From Aureliella sp. (lineage in GTDB: Bacteria > Planctomycetota > Planctomycetia > Pirellulales > Pirellulaceae), in assembly GCA_963691875.1 (NCBI GenBank), contig OY829846.1, positions 1,984,001-2,048,000 of the forward strand: a DNA stretch of 64,000 nucleotides, read 5' to 3'. Below, in pieces: positions 42,797 to 53,565 of this stretch. The notes under the pieces were generated by a model. The model searched no databases. It had not been told where the DNA came from and saw nothing but the letters and a program-made list of their open reading frames with translations. Each line of letters starts with the position of its first letter. Position 1 is the stretch's first letter. The translations under genes were made by a program, and so were the position numbers.

Positions 42797-44224
42797 ATGA
42801 ACGAACTCGATCGTAGAAAGTGAATGCATCGGGCAGTCGCAGCTGGTGGACTTGGTCTGGCCGGGACGGCATGGTGGCTCAGTAATAGCCAGCGTGAGCA
42901 GTCATCCGATGAGATTCGCGTTACAGGAATTCCTCAAAGAAGACCGGAGCCCCATTTTGCGGCGAGGGCCAAAAATGTCATATGCTTGTTTATGGCCGGC
43001 GCACCGAGTCAAGTTGATTTGTTTGATCCCAAGCCGAGACTCCGTGAGCTCAATGGGAAAACCGTTTCGCTTGAGGGCCAATCGCCAGTCAGTGCTCTCG
43101 AGCCAACTTCCTACTTCTGGCCGAGTCCCTACAAGTTCGCCAGTGGTGGGCAAAGCGGCATCGAAGTTAGTGACCTACTGCCTAACACGCGAAAAATTGT
43201 GGATGAGTTGTGTGTCGTCCGATCAATGGTGACCGATACCTCCAACCATCATCCTGGCCAACACATGTGGATGACCGGAGTCACGCGATACGGACATCCC
43301 GCTCTAGGAGCCTGGGTGTCTTATGGTCTTGGTAGTGCCAACGAGGAGTTGCCAGGATACATTGTGCTGAGTTCTGGGCAAGGAACGGCAGCAGGTGCGA
43401 GCAACTGGTCTAGTGGCTTTATGCCCTCTCGATATCAAGGCGTCCCGCTGCGGAGCACCGGCGAGCCCATCCTGTATTTGAAGGCTCCACGGGGAATCGA
43501 CGGACGGATGCAGCGAAAATCAATGGAGTTGATTTCGCAGCTCAATGCGGAGCACTATCGGAATACGAACGACCTGACGGTGCTCGAAAGCATGCAGGCC
43601 TATGAAGCCGCTTTCCGATTGCAGTCTAGTGCTCCTGAGTTGATGGACCTCTCCGATGAGTCCTCCGGCACCTTAGATGCCTACAGAACCAGCGCGGGAA
43701 CGGGTGGATTTGCGATGAACTGCCTACTGGCCCGGCGTTTGGTCGAGAAAGGTGTTCGCTTTGTGCAACTCAACCACTCAAGCTGGGACGCGCATAAGGA
43801 AATATGTGACAACCATGAAGGACACTGCAAAGCCATTGACCAGCCAATTGCTGCTTTAATCGAAGACCTGCGTCAGCGCGGCTTGTTGGACGAAACACTG
43901 GTTGTTTGGGGAGGCGAGTTTGGCCGGACTCCTACGGCAGAACACCGCCGCAAGGAGAGCATGCGAAATATAGGTCGAGATCATCAAGCAAGTGGCTTCA
44001 CCATTTGGATGGCTGGCGGCGGTATCAAGTCGGGGCATGTTCATGGTTCCACCGATGAGGTTTGTTTGGACGTAGCAGAAAACCCGGTGCATGTGCACGA
44101 TCTCCAAGCCACGATCCTTCACTGCCTAGGGCTAGACCACGAAAAACTAACCTTTCCTTACCTTGGTCGTCAGCATAAGCTTACAGACACAGGCGGCGAA
44201 GTCGTACACGAGTTACTAGCCTAG
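42797..44224 (+). pseudogene. DUF1501 gene with an in-frame TGA in its Tat signal; a product from ATG 42824 is possible
   Basis: ATG 42797 MNELDRRK[TGA 42821-42823]MHRAVAAGGLG; downstream FMAGAPSQVDLFDPKP, WGGEFGRTP, GRDH intact. Confidence 0.7.
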
Positions 44225-44247
44225 CTGAGACGAGAACAAGCCTAGCT

Positions 44248-45288
44248 TCAGCCGCCCTGGGTCGCTGCGAGCGCAAGGACAACGACGACCACGACGGCAA
44301 GAATTGCAAGAAACTTCCAACTCGCCTCTGGACGAGCCTCAGGTTGAATCTTGCGTTTCAAGCTACTCATCCCCGGATCGATAACTTCTTGCTCAACAAC
44401 GTTGGCTGCAGCCACATCACCTGAGGAGCCGTCAGCAACGGGCACTCCGCTCGTCTTCAAACCATGCGAAGCAAGTAGCTCAGACAGCACACCCTGCACG
44501 GCTCGAGCATTGAAAGGACGTTGGTCGGGATCTTTCTCCAAGAGACTATCAATAATGTTGGCCAATGATTCTGGACAATCGGGGACAAACTCAGTGACTC
44601 GCGGTGCTTTTTTGTGCAAATGCTGTTCAAAAAGCATCGCGAAGTTGACGCCTTCGAAAGGCTTTTGACCCGTAAGCAACTCAAACAATAAACAGCCAAG
44701 CGAGTACAGGTCCGCCTTGCCGTTGGCCATCTCTCCTTTAATCTGCTCAGGAGCCATGTATGCGTGCGTGCCAACCGTCAGCCCCTGGCTGGTGATGTCC
44801 GCGGCCAGAGTGTCACGCGCGATGCCGAAATCGCCAAGTTTGACATGAGCATTTTCGTCAAGGAACAAATTCCCCGGTTTTAAGTCGCGGTGGATTATGC
44901 CATTGTTATGAGCGGCTTGAAGCGCTCCACAAACCTGTCGTCCTATGGAGGCGACCTCTTGCCACGAGAGACGCCCGAAACGATCGAGAAGATCCCGAAC
45001 GTTACCACCCGAAACCAACTCCATCGCGAAGAAGAGTTTGCCGTCGTACTCACCACCGCCAAAGTAGCGAATGATGTGTGGGTGCTGGAGTCGCTGGAGA
45101 ATCTCCATCTCGCGACGAAATCGCTTCCGCACCAACTCGTCTTCCGAAATTGCATCTTGCAAAACTTTAACGGCGACTTCCGCTTGCTTCCCACCTGTCT
45201 CAGGCAGACGAGCTTGGTAGACCGTCCCTACCGTGCCCGTCCCAAGTACGGCTCCGATTTCTAAGTTTTGGTAGCTAAGTTTCTTCAT
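44248..45288 (-). CDS. Ser/Thr protein kinase with C-terminal TM anchor
   Basis: LGTGTVGTV, VAVK, HRDLKPGN, DFG, YMAPE. Confidence 0.93.
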   Translation of the reverse strand: MKKLSYQNLEIGAVLGTGTVGTVYQARLPETGGKQAEVAVKVLQDAISEDELVRKRFRREMEILQRLQHPHIIRYFGGGEYDGKLFFAMELVSGGNVRDLLDRFGRLSWQEVASIGRQVCGALQAAHNNGIIHRDLKPGNLFLDENAHVKLGDFGIARDTLAADITSQGLTVGTHAYMAPEQIKGEMANGKADLYSLGCLLFELLTGQKPFEGVNFAMLFEQHLHKKAPRVTEFVPDCPESLANIIDSLLEKDPDQRPFNARAVQGVLSELLASHGLKTSGVPVADGSSGDVAAANVVEQEVIDPGMSSLKRKIQPEARPEASWKFLAILAVVVVVVLALAATQGG

Positions 45289-45458
45289 GAGAAAACAACA
45301 TTCGGGGCGTTCGCAAAACCCAATGGCTAACGTTATGTTAGAAGAAACTGAGCCCATCCGCAGCGCGAGGTGCACCGTCAGACACGACGGGGATCAGCGC
45401 TAGCTGCACTGTAGACCAATTTGCAATGCAGAAGACTATCGCAGCTTGAGAGAAGAAG

Positions 45459-46097
45459 ATGTCGGTCGTAAAGCTAGACCTCTCGCAACCCGTGTCCAAG
45501 TTGATCGGTATTGTCGAGAAGCACAGTAAAAGTCTGTCTGAGGAACGAAGTCAGTTGTTGACAAAAGCAGCCGAGAGTATCGTTCGGTTACAGCAAATCC
45601 GCAGCCAAGTTAACTTGCTATTTATCTGCACTCATAACTCTCGGCGCAGTCATTTTTCAGATTTCTGGACTCAAGTAGCAATGTCCTGTTACGGGGCGGA
45701 GAATCTTTTCTCTGCCTCTTGCGGCACTGAAACCACGGAGTGCAATCCCCGAACCATTGCTTCTCTCCAGCGAGTAGGGTTTGATGTGTCGAGTGATGGC
45801 AAGAAACAGAATCCTCACTACAAAATCCCTTTCGGTGGAAGGGAAATCATGCTGTTTTCGAAGGCATTTGGTGCTCCAGGATTACCCACTTCCGACGTCG
45901 TTGCCATGATGTGCTGTCATGACGCCGAGGAGAATTGCCCTATCATTCCAGGTGCGGAACACAAAGTATCCTTGCATTACAAGGATCCTAAGTCGTCTGA
46001 TGGCACTGATGCTGAGGCGGCGACCTACGACGCGAGAAGTCTGCAGATCGCCTCCGAGATGTTCTTCCTGGTTCGCCAGATAGTGAAGAACGATTAG
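45459..46097 (+). CDS. Low-molecular-weight phosphatase/arsenate reductase family protein
   Basis: FICTHNSRRS P-loop, CPIIPGA, YKDPK. Confidence 0.88.
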   Translation: MSVVKLDLSQPVSKLIGIVEKHSKSLSEERSQLLTKAAESIVRLQQIRSQVNLLFICTHNSRRSHFSDFWTQVAMSCYGAENLFSASCGTETTECNPRTIASLQRVGFDVSSDGKKQNPHYKIPFGGREIMLFSKAFGAPGLPTSDVVAMMCCHDAEENCPIIPGAEHKVSLHYKDPKSSDGTDAEAATYDARSLQIASEMFFLVRQIVKND

Positions 46098-46231
46098 CTA
46101 TTTATCTAGGCCGTAGCGAGAGCAATGCTGTGAAATCGTCTCACAATGAATCGGGAGTAGGAGTGAGCCGGCGCATGCGACTGGTCGTTAAACAACTGAG
46201 CCTTATAGCCAAACGCCCAAAGCAAGAACAG

Positions 46232-46897
46232 CTATCTATCTAGCACAATCCTGCCTAGAATGCCCTCCATGATGCGACGTTCTAGATCAAGATCGCGCCC
46301 GATTTCGTACCAACCAAGGGTTAGAGGCAGTTGGCGAAGCTGGTTTTCGTTGCGGACAATTGAGCCGTCGTGACGCTGTGCTGCAGCTCCCGATGCAGCG
46401 AATTGCGACTGATCAACGTCTTCCTGCTCCTTTATCACCTCAACCGTAATTTGATATCCCGTCGGCTCTGAGAGCACTCGGACGGTACAAGTACGTCGGA
46501 TGGTCTGAACCGTGCTCTGCACGCGCTCAAAGCCGCGCGCGGTGTCACTGCGCCATGGCTCGAGGGATGTGCCACTGATCTCGGGGAAGGTCGTGAGCTT
46601 GCCTTCCATAAAGCCAGCATCACTCCGACGAACAGGTTGCTCAGTGTCGATGCGAAAGTGATCATCAACCGCGTCGACAATCATTTTCCATAGAAAATCT
46701 GCGTCGACCGGGCCGATGTTGGTGGGATTTGAAACATCCACTTCGATTGGGGTTGGGCCAAAGTTTGGCTGAAATGGCAGTGGTCCAAATCGCCGGCAGC
46801 CAACGAAACACAACAACATGGCGCATGCGAGAACGGTGCGTCGGTATATTGGCAATCGCTCGCAATTTAATCTTTGATGTTCCTCGTTGGCGGGCAT
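46232..46897 (-). CDS. Hypothetical lipoprotein
   Basis: Lipobox-like LLCFVGC; directly downstream of the ParA gene on the same strand. Confidence 0.7.
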   Translation of the reverse strand: MPANEEHQRLNCERLPIYRRTVLACAMLLCFVGCRRFGPLPFQPNFGPTPIEVDVSNPTNIGPVDADFLWKMIVDAVDDHFRIDTEQPVRRSDAGFMEGKLTTFPEISGTSLEPWRSDTARGFERVQSTVQTIRRTCTVRVLSEPTGYQITVEVIKEQEDVDQSQFAASGAAAQRHDGSIVRNENQLRQLPLTLGWYEIGRDLDLERRIMEGILGRIVLDR

Positions 46898-46902
46898 GTA
46901 TC

Positions 46903-47790
46903 TCAGGCAGCTCGATTCTGTGGAACGGGCTCCACCACGCCGGCTTCTTCCGCCATTTCGATCCCGACGTCTTCTTGCAGTTCGTCGGCATCATCGAGCT
47001 CGCCGAACTCGTCTAGGACTTCGAATGCCAATGAGCGGTAGTCTTCAGCACCATTGGAGTTCGCTGCATACTCAAAGATTGATTGTCCGAAGCTTGGCGC
47101 TTCAGCTAAGCGAATATTCCGTCGTATGCGAGTCTGGAAGAACCTGGCTCCGGCCCAAACGCCTTCATCACGTGACTGAATTTTGAGGAACTCGTCGACA
47201 TCTCGGCTTACTTCAGCCGCGAGACGGGTTCCGGATTCGTACATGCACAGCACAACACCCGAGAGGTGTAAGCCTGGATTGAGTCGTTTTGAAACGATCT
47301 CAATCGTCTTTAGCAGTTTGCTAAGCCCGTGCAGTGCTAGGAAGTGTGGCTGTAGTGGCAAGAACACTTCTTGCACCGCAGTCAGCGCATTCAAAGTGAG
47401 AACACCGAGCGAAGGTGGACAGTCCAGAATGACGTAGTCAAACTCGTCTTGGTCCGCTTCTAACTTGTCGCGCAAGATGACTTCGCGTCCTACTTCGCCA
47501 GCCAGTTCTAACTCGGCTGCCGCCAGGTCTAAGTTCGATGGCACGACGGCCAGTTTTTCGTTCACCCAACAGCGCGCGTCTTCCAGTGTCGCATCGCCGC
47601 AAAGGATGTCATACACACTTGGTTGATCGCTGATCACACTTAACCCAAGGTGCAGCGATGCATGAGCTTGTGGATCAAGATCGATCACGCAGACTTTCTT
47701 TCCCGTCTCGCTCAACGCGGCGGCCAAGTTGACAGCAGTCGTCGTCTTGCCTACACCACCTTTTTGATTGATCACTGCCATAGAACTCAT
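46903..47790 (-). CDS. ParA/Soj-family ATPase
   Basis: [30 protein letters not shown]. Confidence 0.95.
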   Translation of the reverse strand: MSSMAVINQKGGVGKTTTAVNLAAALSETGKKVCVIDLDPQAHASLHLGLSVISDQPSVYDILCGDATLEDARCWVNEKLAVVPSNLDLAAAELELAGEVGREVILRDKLEADQDEFDYVILDCPPSLGVLTLNALTAVQEVFLPLQPHFLALHGLSKLLKTIEIVSKRLNPGLHLSGVVLCMYESGTRLAAEVSRDVDEFLKIQSRDEGVWAGARFFQTRIRRNIRLAEAPSFGQSIFEYAANSNGAEDYRSLAFEVLDEFGELDDADELQEDVGIEMAEEAGVVEPVPQNRAA

Positions 47791-48005
47791 GGCCAACACT
47801 CCTTTTGTATGTCTTCCCGCAAACGGGCGCGTATTTTGCCAGGACTATAGAAAAAGTCTTGAGTAGCTGGCTAGATCGTTCTCTACCATTCGTTTCTCTT
47901 GTTTCGATTTGAGCACACTTACTTTTGGTGAAGGCCTGGGCTTAGAATGCTAGCTATCGAGATGGAGCTTTTTGATGAGCCCTAAATGAGCGACATGGTT
48001 GCGAA

Positions 48006-48695
48006 ATGTATAAGTTGAGAACTTTTTTAACCGCGTTCGAAGCCGAACAAACCCGGAATCGCCTATGCGAAGCCGGGATCGGTGCGTGGGTCGAAGGAGC
48101 CGAAGCGCAGACGGCCATGTCCTACATTGGCTCGGCGATTGGAGGCGTGGCAGTTGTCATTTCGGAAGAGGACATACTGGCGGCCGAAGAAATTCTATGT
48201 GACGATTTCCCACCGGGTAGACCATGGACCTGCAGGGTTTGCTGGAGCGATATCGACGAAGGCTTCGATGTATGCTGGAGATGTGGCGCGGATCGTAGTC
48301 AAGCGAGACAACCCGAGCCGGCACCTCCCGCGGACGAACTTGCGCCTGAGGATTACACCGTCGACCCTGGCGAGAACTCTTTTGCTTCTCCAGATGTCTT
48401 AGCGTCTCCCTACGCGCCGATTGCCACCGAGCAACTCCAAAGTAGAACAAACGAAGAGCAACGGGCGGAAGAAGAGGATATGCCTCTTGTCAAGCGAGCC
48501 TTGATTGCGGCTATCCTTGGCCCCCTAATGCTACCGCTGATTGCCCAGCTCTATGTCATCATTTTGTTGGCTCGAATCGCCCCCCGTTACCCAAGACTTA
48601 ACAAATCAGAACGACGTGACGTTTGGATCGCATTCTGCGCATGTCTCATGCACTTCGCGCTCCTGGCCGTTTTTGCTCGCGGATTCACCCTTTAG
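48006..48695 (+). CDS. DUF2007-like domain, Zn-ribbon and TM protein
   Basis: EAEQTRNRLCEAGI; WTCRVC...FDVCWRCG; two C-terminal TMs. Confidence 0.7.
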   Translation: MYKLRTFLTAFEAEQTRNRLCEAGIGAWVEGAEAQTAMSYIGSAIGGVAVVISEEDILAAEEILCDDFPPGRPWTCRVCWSDIDEGFDVCWRCGADRSQARQPEPAPPADELAPEDYTVDPGENSFASPDVLASPYAPIATEQLQSRTNEEQRAEEEDMPLVKRALIAAILGPLMLPLIAQLYVIILLARIAPRYPRLNKSERRDVWIAFCACLMHFALLAVFARGFTL

Positions 48696-48896
48696 TTCAT
48701 TCATCGCGACATCAATGTTGCGAGTCCCGCGAGGACCTCCGTCGACGGGCAGAATGATGGAATCGGCTCGCCTGCCGAGGCTGTGGATTCGATCTCTGCC
48801 CTTGTCGAGTCGGCCGCAATGAAAAACTTCCAGTGCTTGCAGGGGCAAGTATTATGGAATGTTTCACTTTAGTCATTGCACCCTGGATCATCCCGC

Positions 48897-50753
48897 ATGT
48901 TCCTTCGCTCCTCAGCCTCACGACTCCATTTGGAAACACTTGAATCCCGACAGCTGCTGGCCGCTGAAATCGTGGATTTCCACGGCGATTCCCCAGCCGA
49001 AAAAGAGTCAGTACATATCGCTGCATTGCCCGCTTTAGCTAGTTCCGAACTCATTGCCGAGGGAGAAAGTATCGCCGCACCAGATCTTGTCGGCTTTGCA
49101 AAGGCACTTCGAGACTCTGGCGATGTCCGATTCTTCTGCGCGGCTTGGTCAGAAGCTTGTACGCTGCAGAAAGAAGCCTTCGAGGACGGAGGGCAGTTTC
49201 TACCCTTTGAGGAAGTCACTGACGCGGCACGCAGAGGAAATGCTCTCGCGGCGTCTGAGAATATCACTACCATTCCAACTTGGCAGTTCGGCAATGCCAA
49301 CAATCGCGTCGAACGCATCATGACACTGGAAGAAATCTCGGAGGCTTCTGGCATCGCCATTCCCGTTGCATCGATTCCTTCGTTTGTCACCGTTCCGGAT
49401 CAGACCGTCATGATCGGCGGAGCTTTGCACGTGGGCATCGATGCCTACGACCCGAATCAGGATGCCTTGACTTTCACGGTTCAATCTAGCGATCCAAGCA
49501 TCCTACAAGCAGAAGTACTCAGCGGGAATCGCAGCCTAACAATTTCGGTTTTCGGCTACGGTGACATGACTTTCGAGCTTTTCGAAGGCCGCGTGCCACG
49601 GCCTACATCACGCATTATCGAACTCGCCGAGTCTGATTTTTATGATGGCACGATCTTTCATCGCGTCATCGACAACTTTGTAATGCAAGGCGGCGATCCA
49701 ACCGGAACGGGCAATGGCGGATCAAGCCTCGGAGACTTCGACGACCAATACGATCTCGATCTCCAGCACAATGCGCGAGGCATCTTGTCCTACGCAAAGT
49801 CTTTGGACGACACCAACAACTCGCAGTTCTTTATTACAGAAGAAGCCTTTCCGCATCTGGACTATAATCATTCCGTATTCGGTGCGATGGTCGAAGGCGA
49901 AGCAAACCGAGAAGCGATTAGTGGGATCCTAGCAGGCCCTAGCGGGCGTCCCGTGTTCGATGTGGTACTAGAAGACGCGTCAGTTTCCCAAGACTCTGAG
50001 AACGCCATGTTGCGACTTCAACCAACGGGTGCTGGAACAGGATTCGTCGACATTATCGTTACTGTTGCTGATCCAGACGGCAATGAAGTGCAACAGACAT
50101 TCCAAGTTGAGATCACTGAGGACGCCTTCAATAGTTCGCCATTCCTCGATGATATTGCTCCGCCTGCTGGAACGAAAGACAAACCACTTGAAGTTCAGCT
50201 AACGGCCCAGGACGGCGAAGGTGATACGCTTGTCTTTGAAGTCGAGCGAGTTGGTGAACCTCAGTATGAGTTGACTGTAGACTCCGAAACGGGCCTGGTT
50301 ACCATTATTCCGCCCGACGGCTTTTCAGGCCAACTTCAATTCCGAGCTACTGTCTCCCAACTAGAGCAGTCACAATCCGGAAGCGAAACGGATGAGCAGC
50401 TCATTAGGGTGACTATTGAGCCGTCCAGTCATCAGAACCAAGCCAATATATTTGACGTCAACAGTGATTCGTTTGTAGCACCACTTGATGCGCTGATTGT
50501 CATCAATCATTTGAATACATTTGAGCCCAATTCGGTTGACCAGCTGGGACCTGAGCATCTCTTCGTCGATGTGAACGGCGACTGTGTCATTTCGCCACTC
50601 GATGCTTTACTGATCATTAACGAACTCAACAGCAATGCTGCCGGCGAAGGCGAAGCAGCTAAAGCCGTAGATATGTTTTTCGACGTATGGCAACTGACCG
50701 AGTTCCTAAAACCGTTGGAGGAAGACGAAGAGCCGAGCCACTTCTGGCAATAA
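48897..50753 (+). CDS. Extracellular cyclophilin-type PPIase with Trx-like, Ig/cadherin-like and dockerin-like domains
   Basis: LETLESRQLL; FYDGTIFHRVIDNFVMQGGDPTG, SQFFIT, HSVFG; DVNSD..PLDAL repeated twice. Confidence 0.9.
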   Translation: MFLRSSASRLHLETLESRQLLAAEIVDFHGDSPAEKESVHIAALPALASSELIAEGESIAAPDLVGFAKALRDSGDVRFFCAAWSEACTLQKEAFEDGGQFLPFEEVTDAARRGNALAASENITTIPTWQFGNANNRVERIMTLEEISEASGIAIPVASIPSFVTVPDQTVMIGGALHVGIDAYDPNQDALTFTVQSSDPSILQAEVLSGNRSLTISVFGYGDMTFELFEGRVPRPTSRIIELAESDFYDGTIFHRVIDNFVMQGGDPTGTGNGGSSLGDFDDQYDLDLQHNARGILSYAKSLDDTNNSQFFITEEAFPHLDYNHSVFGAMVEGEANREAISGILAGPSGRPVFDVVLEDASVSQDSENAMLRLQPTGAGTGFVDIIVTVADPDGNEVQQTFQVEITEDAFNSSPFLDDIAPPAGTKDKPLEVQLTAQDGEGDTLVFEVERVGEPQYELTVDSETGLVTIIPPDGFSGQLQFRATVSQLEQSQSGSETDEQLIRVTIEPSSHQNQANIFDVNSDSFVAPLDALIVINHLNTFEPNSVDQLGPEHLFVDVNGDCVISPLDALLIINELNSNAAGEGEAAKAVDMFFDVWQLTEFLKPLEEDEEPSHFWQ

Positions 50754-50800
50754 TTCGCTGGCCAGAAGCCCTTCCCTTTTGCCATAAAATGCCGATACTT

Positions 50801-50819
50801 ATTGACAATAAATCTCATT
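50801..50819. promoter_or_regulatory. Candidate Fur-family operator overlapping a TTGACA -35 element of the metal ABC operon
   Basis: ATTGACAATAAATCTCATT, 15/19 identical to the palindrome at 8554-8572. Confidence 0.6.
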
Positions 50820-50943
50820 TAACACGCGCTGACCTCAACCCAGCAAGCCATCGTGGTTCCAGACCGGAATTCGCCCAGCCAGCAAGGGAAGTAGTTAGGA
50901 ATGTCTTTCTAGCACTCGGCCTTGTCCGGAAAGGAACTTATTG

Positions 50944-51903
50944 ATGAAGAAGAATGCTCCCAAGTTGAATTTGGGCATTGCCACGATTGCCTGCCTGTTG
51001 GCACTTTCGACAACCGGCTGCCAAACCCCCACTACCTCCGATGGTCAGCAGTGGGTAGCGACCACAGGGCATATTGCCGACGCATTGCGAAAAATCTCAG
51101 CCGGTACGGACAGCGAGATTACGCAGCTCTGTGGTCCCGGCGTCGACCCTCACTCGTACAGTGCCAGCATGAATGACATGAAGGCGATCAGTAATGCAAA
51201 CGCAGTCTTTTACAACGGATTTCACCTAGAAGCGAAGCTGCACGACATTTTGGAGCATGAGTTCGAAGACAAATCCTGGGCGATGTCAGCAAGCTTTCCA
51301 GCCGACGCTCGATTGGATTGGATGGAAGATGGCGAGGTTGACCCTGCGGCACCGTTTGATCCACATATCTGGAATCACTTGCCGGGTTGGGCTAAGTGTG
51401 TCGAATCTTTAATTGAGGAAGTTTGCAAAGTCGATCCTGACCATGCTGGAACTTACCGCAAGAACGGAAAGGCCTATGTAGAAGAAATTCGCAGGGTACA
51501 CGCCAGCGCCGAGGAGCAGTTTTCAAAGCTGCCCACCGAACGTCGTGTCCTGGTGAGCGCTCACGATGCCTTCAACTACTTTTCGAAAGTCTACGAATTC
51601 GAGTCCATCGCTGTCCTCGGGATCGGCAACGACGCGGAAGCAGATGTGCAGACAATCCGCAACGTAGCTCAAACTGTATGCGACAAGAAAATCCCAGTAA
51701 TATTCCTGGAGAATATCACTAACCCGAAAGTCACGAAGGCACTTCAAGAAGCATGCGAAGCACGAGACTGGCAAGTCAAGATTGCGGACCAGCCGCTGTA
51801 TTCAGATGACCTCGGCGTTGAGTCACCATTGGATACTTTTCTCGGAGCGTTCCAAAGCAACGTGAATCTCATCGCAAAGTCTCTGGCCGAGGAAATTCCA
51901 TAA
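50944..51903 (+). CDS. Mn/Fe/Zn ABC transporter substrate-binding lipoprotein (TroA/MntA-like)
   Basis: Lipobox TTGC, GVDPHSY, DPHIW, HDAFNYF, LYSD. Confidence 0.93.
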   Translation: MKKNAPKLNLGIATIACLLALSTTGCQTPTTSDGQQWVATTGHIADALRKISAGTDSEITQLCGPGVDPHSYSASMNDMKAISNANAVFYNGFHLEAKLHDILEHEFEDKSWAMSASFPADARLDWMEDGEVDPAAPFDPHIWNHLPGWAKCVESLIEEVCKVDPDHAGTYRKNGKAYVEEIRRVHASAEEQFSKLPTERRVLVSAHDAFNYFSKVYEFESIAVLGIGNDAEADVQTIRNVAQTVCDKKIPVIFLENITNPKVTKALQEACEARDWQVKIADQPLYSDDLGVESPLDTFLGAFQSNVNLIAKSLAEEIP

Positions 51904-51910
51904 CCGCTCG

Positions 51911-52681
51911 ATGCAAACCGCAATTAGCACTAGTCAGCTGACCGTTGCCTACGGCGCCAACACGGCACTTTGGAACGTCTCCACCGAGATTCCACAGGGC
52001 AAGATCTCTGCGATTATAGGCCCCAATGGCGCTGGCAAGAGTACGCTGCTGAAAGCAATTCTAGGCATGGTGCCGACACTCAGCGGAAGCGTTGATTTGC
52101 ACCTAAGTCCCTCGCAGGCCGTCAATCACGCAAGCGACATTGGCTACGTCCCACAGCGAAGTTCCGTTGACTGGGATTTTCCCATCACGGTACTCGACCT
52201 TGTTCTGATGGGCACCTACGGGCGTCTCAGATGGTTCCAACGTCCAGGCAAACGCGAAAAAGAAGCTGCCATGGAGTGCTTGAAGCAAGTCGAGATGGAG
52301 GATTTCTGCCATCGCCAGATCGGCCAGCTTTCGGGCGGGCAACAACAACGGGTCTTTCTGGCGAGAGCGTTTGTGCAGCAGGCGAGCGTGTATCTTCTTG
52401 ATGAACCATTCGCAGGTGTCGATGCCAAGACTGAGCAAATGATCATCGAAATCCTCCAACAACTTCGCGAAGCTGGGAATACGATCACGATGGTGCATCA
52501 TGACTTGACCACGGTGCAAAGTTATTTTGATCATGTCATTTTGCTCAACAAGCAGTTGGTGGCCAGCGGCCCAACGAGCGACACTTTTACCCAAGAGAAT
52601 CTGCAAGAGACCTACGGAATCGAGAGTGACTTGTTGCGTCAATCATCAAAGCGGGATGAGCTACCGGGACCGCAAGAATGA
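51911..52681 (+). CDS. Metal ABC transporter ATPase
   Basis: [30 protein letters not shown]. Confidence 0.95.
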   Translation: MQTAISTSQLTVAYGANTALWNVSTEIPQGKISAIIGPNGAGKSTLLKAILGMVPTLSGSVDLHLSPSQAVNHASDIGYVPQRSSVDWDFPITVLDLVLMGTYGRLRWFQRPGKREKEAAMECLKQVEMEDFCHRQIGQLSGGQQQRVFLARAFVQQASVYLLDEPFAGVDAKTEQMIIEILQQLREAGNTITMVHHDLTTVQSYFDHVILLNKQLVASGPTSDTFTQENLQETYGIESDLLRQSSKRDELPGPQE

Positions 52682-53565
52682 TCGAACTACTCAGCGATTA
52701 CACAGTTCGACTTGTAGTGATCGGTAGTGCTCTGATTGGGGCTACCAGTGGTGGATTGGGCTGCTACGCGTATCTGCGACGCCAGAGCCTGGTCGGCGAT
52801 GTGATCTCACACTCCTCGCTGCTTGGCATTGTCGCCTTCTTCTGGCTGTCACACTTTTTGACAGGTGAAGGCAACAAGTCGCTGTGGGTTCTGATCCCCG
52901 GTGCGATCACAGCGGGCTTGGCCGCGATGCTACTGACCAGAAGTGTGACAAACCGAACGAAGCTCAAGGAGGATGCGGGGCTCGGAGTCATGCTTGCCAT
53001 CTTCTTTGGCACCGGCCTGATGTTGCTACGTTGGATCCAACGTTCTTCCCCCCCCATCTCTGGACAGGCTGGGCTGGACGACTACTTGTTCGGTATGGCG
53101 GCTGCAATGACATCCAGTGACTTATGGATGATTTGCTCGCTTGCGTTGCTGTCCGCGATCACCGTTCTGTTTTGCTGGTCGCGCCTCAAGATCCTGACTT
53201 TTGACGAAGAGTACGCCGCCGGACTGGGACTTCCGACTGCGAGGTGGGAAGTATTGCTGCTGGCGCTGCTTGTCATTGGAATTGTTATCGGGCTTCAAAT
53301 CGTTGGCGTCGTACTTATGGTTGCGATGTTGATCGCCCCTGCTAGTGCTGCGAGACAGTGGACACACTCTCTGGGCGCCATGTTCTGCATCGCCGCAGGA
53401 CTTGGAGCCACTTGTGCCGCTTCAGGTGCTTTTCTCAGCTCGGTGCAGAAGGGACTCCCTACCGGACCGGTAATCGTAATGTTCCTCACGGCCGTAGTAA
53501 TTGCCTCTGTACTGCTGAGTCCTTCTCGAGGTATTTTGTTCGGGAGGCAACGTCTTGTCAGCTGA
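52678..53565 (+). CDS. Metal ABC transporter permease (ABC-3)
   Basis: [27 protein letters not shown]. Confidence 0.93.
   Translation: MIELLSDYTVRLVVIGSALIGATSGGLGCYAYLRRQSLVGDVISHSSLLGIVAFFWLSHFLTGEGNKSLWVLIPGAITAGLAAMLLTRSVTNRTKLKEDAGLGVMLAIFFGTGLMLLRWIQRSSPPISGQAGLDDYLFGMAAAMTSSDLWMICSLALLSAITVLFCWSRLKILTFDEEYAAGLGLPTARWEVLLLALLVIGIVIGLQIVGVVLMVAMLIAPASAARQWTHSLGAMFCIAAGLGATCAASGAFLSSVQKGLPTGPVIVMFLTAVVIASVLLSPSRGILFGRQRLVS

Noticed and set aside
42821..42823. In-frame TGA in DUF1501 as possible selenocysteine
   Set aside because: It lies in a Tat signal peptide rather than a Cys redox motif; a nonsense mutation is more plausible. The same applies to the cheB TGA at 14778
44248..46097. 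Divergent Ser/Thr kinase and LMW phosphatase as a cognate pair
   Set aside because: The CTHNSRRS family acts on pTyr or arsenate; adjacency alone is not evidence
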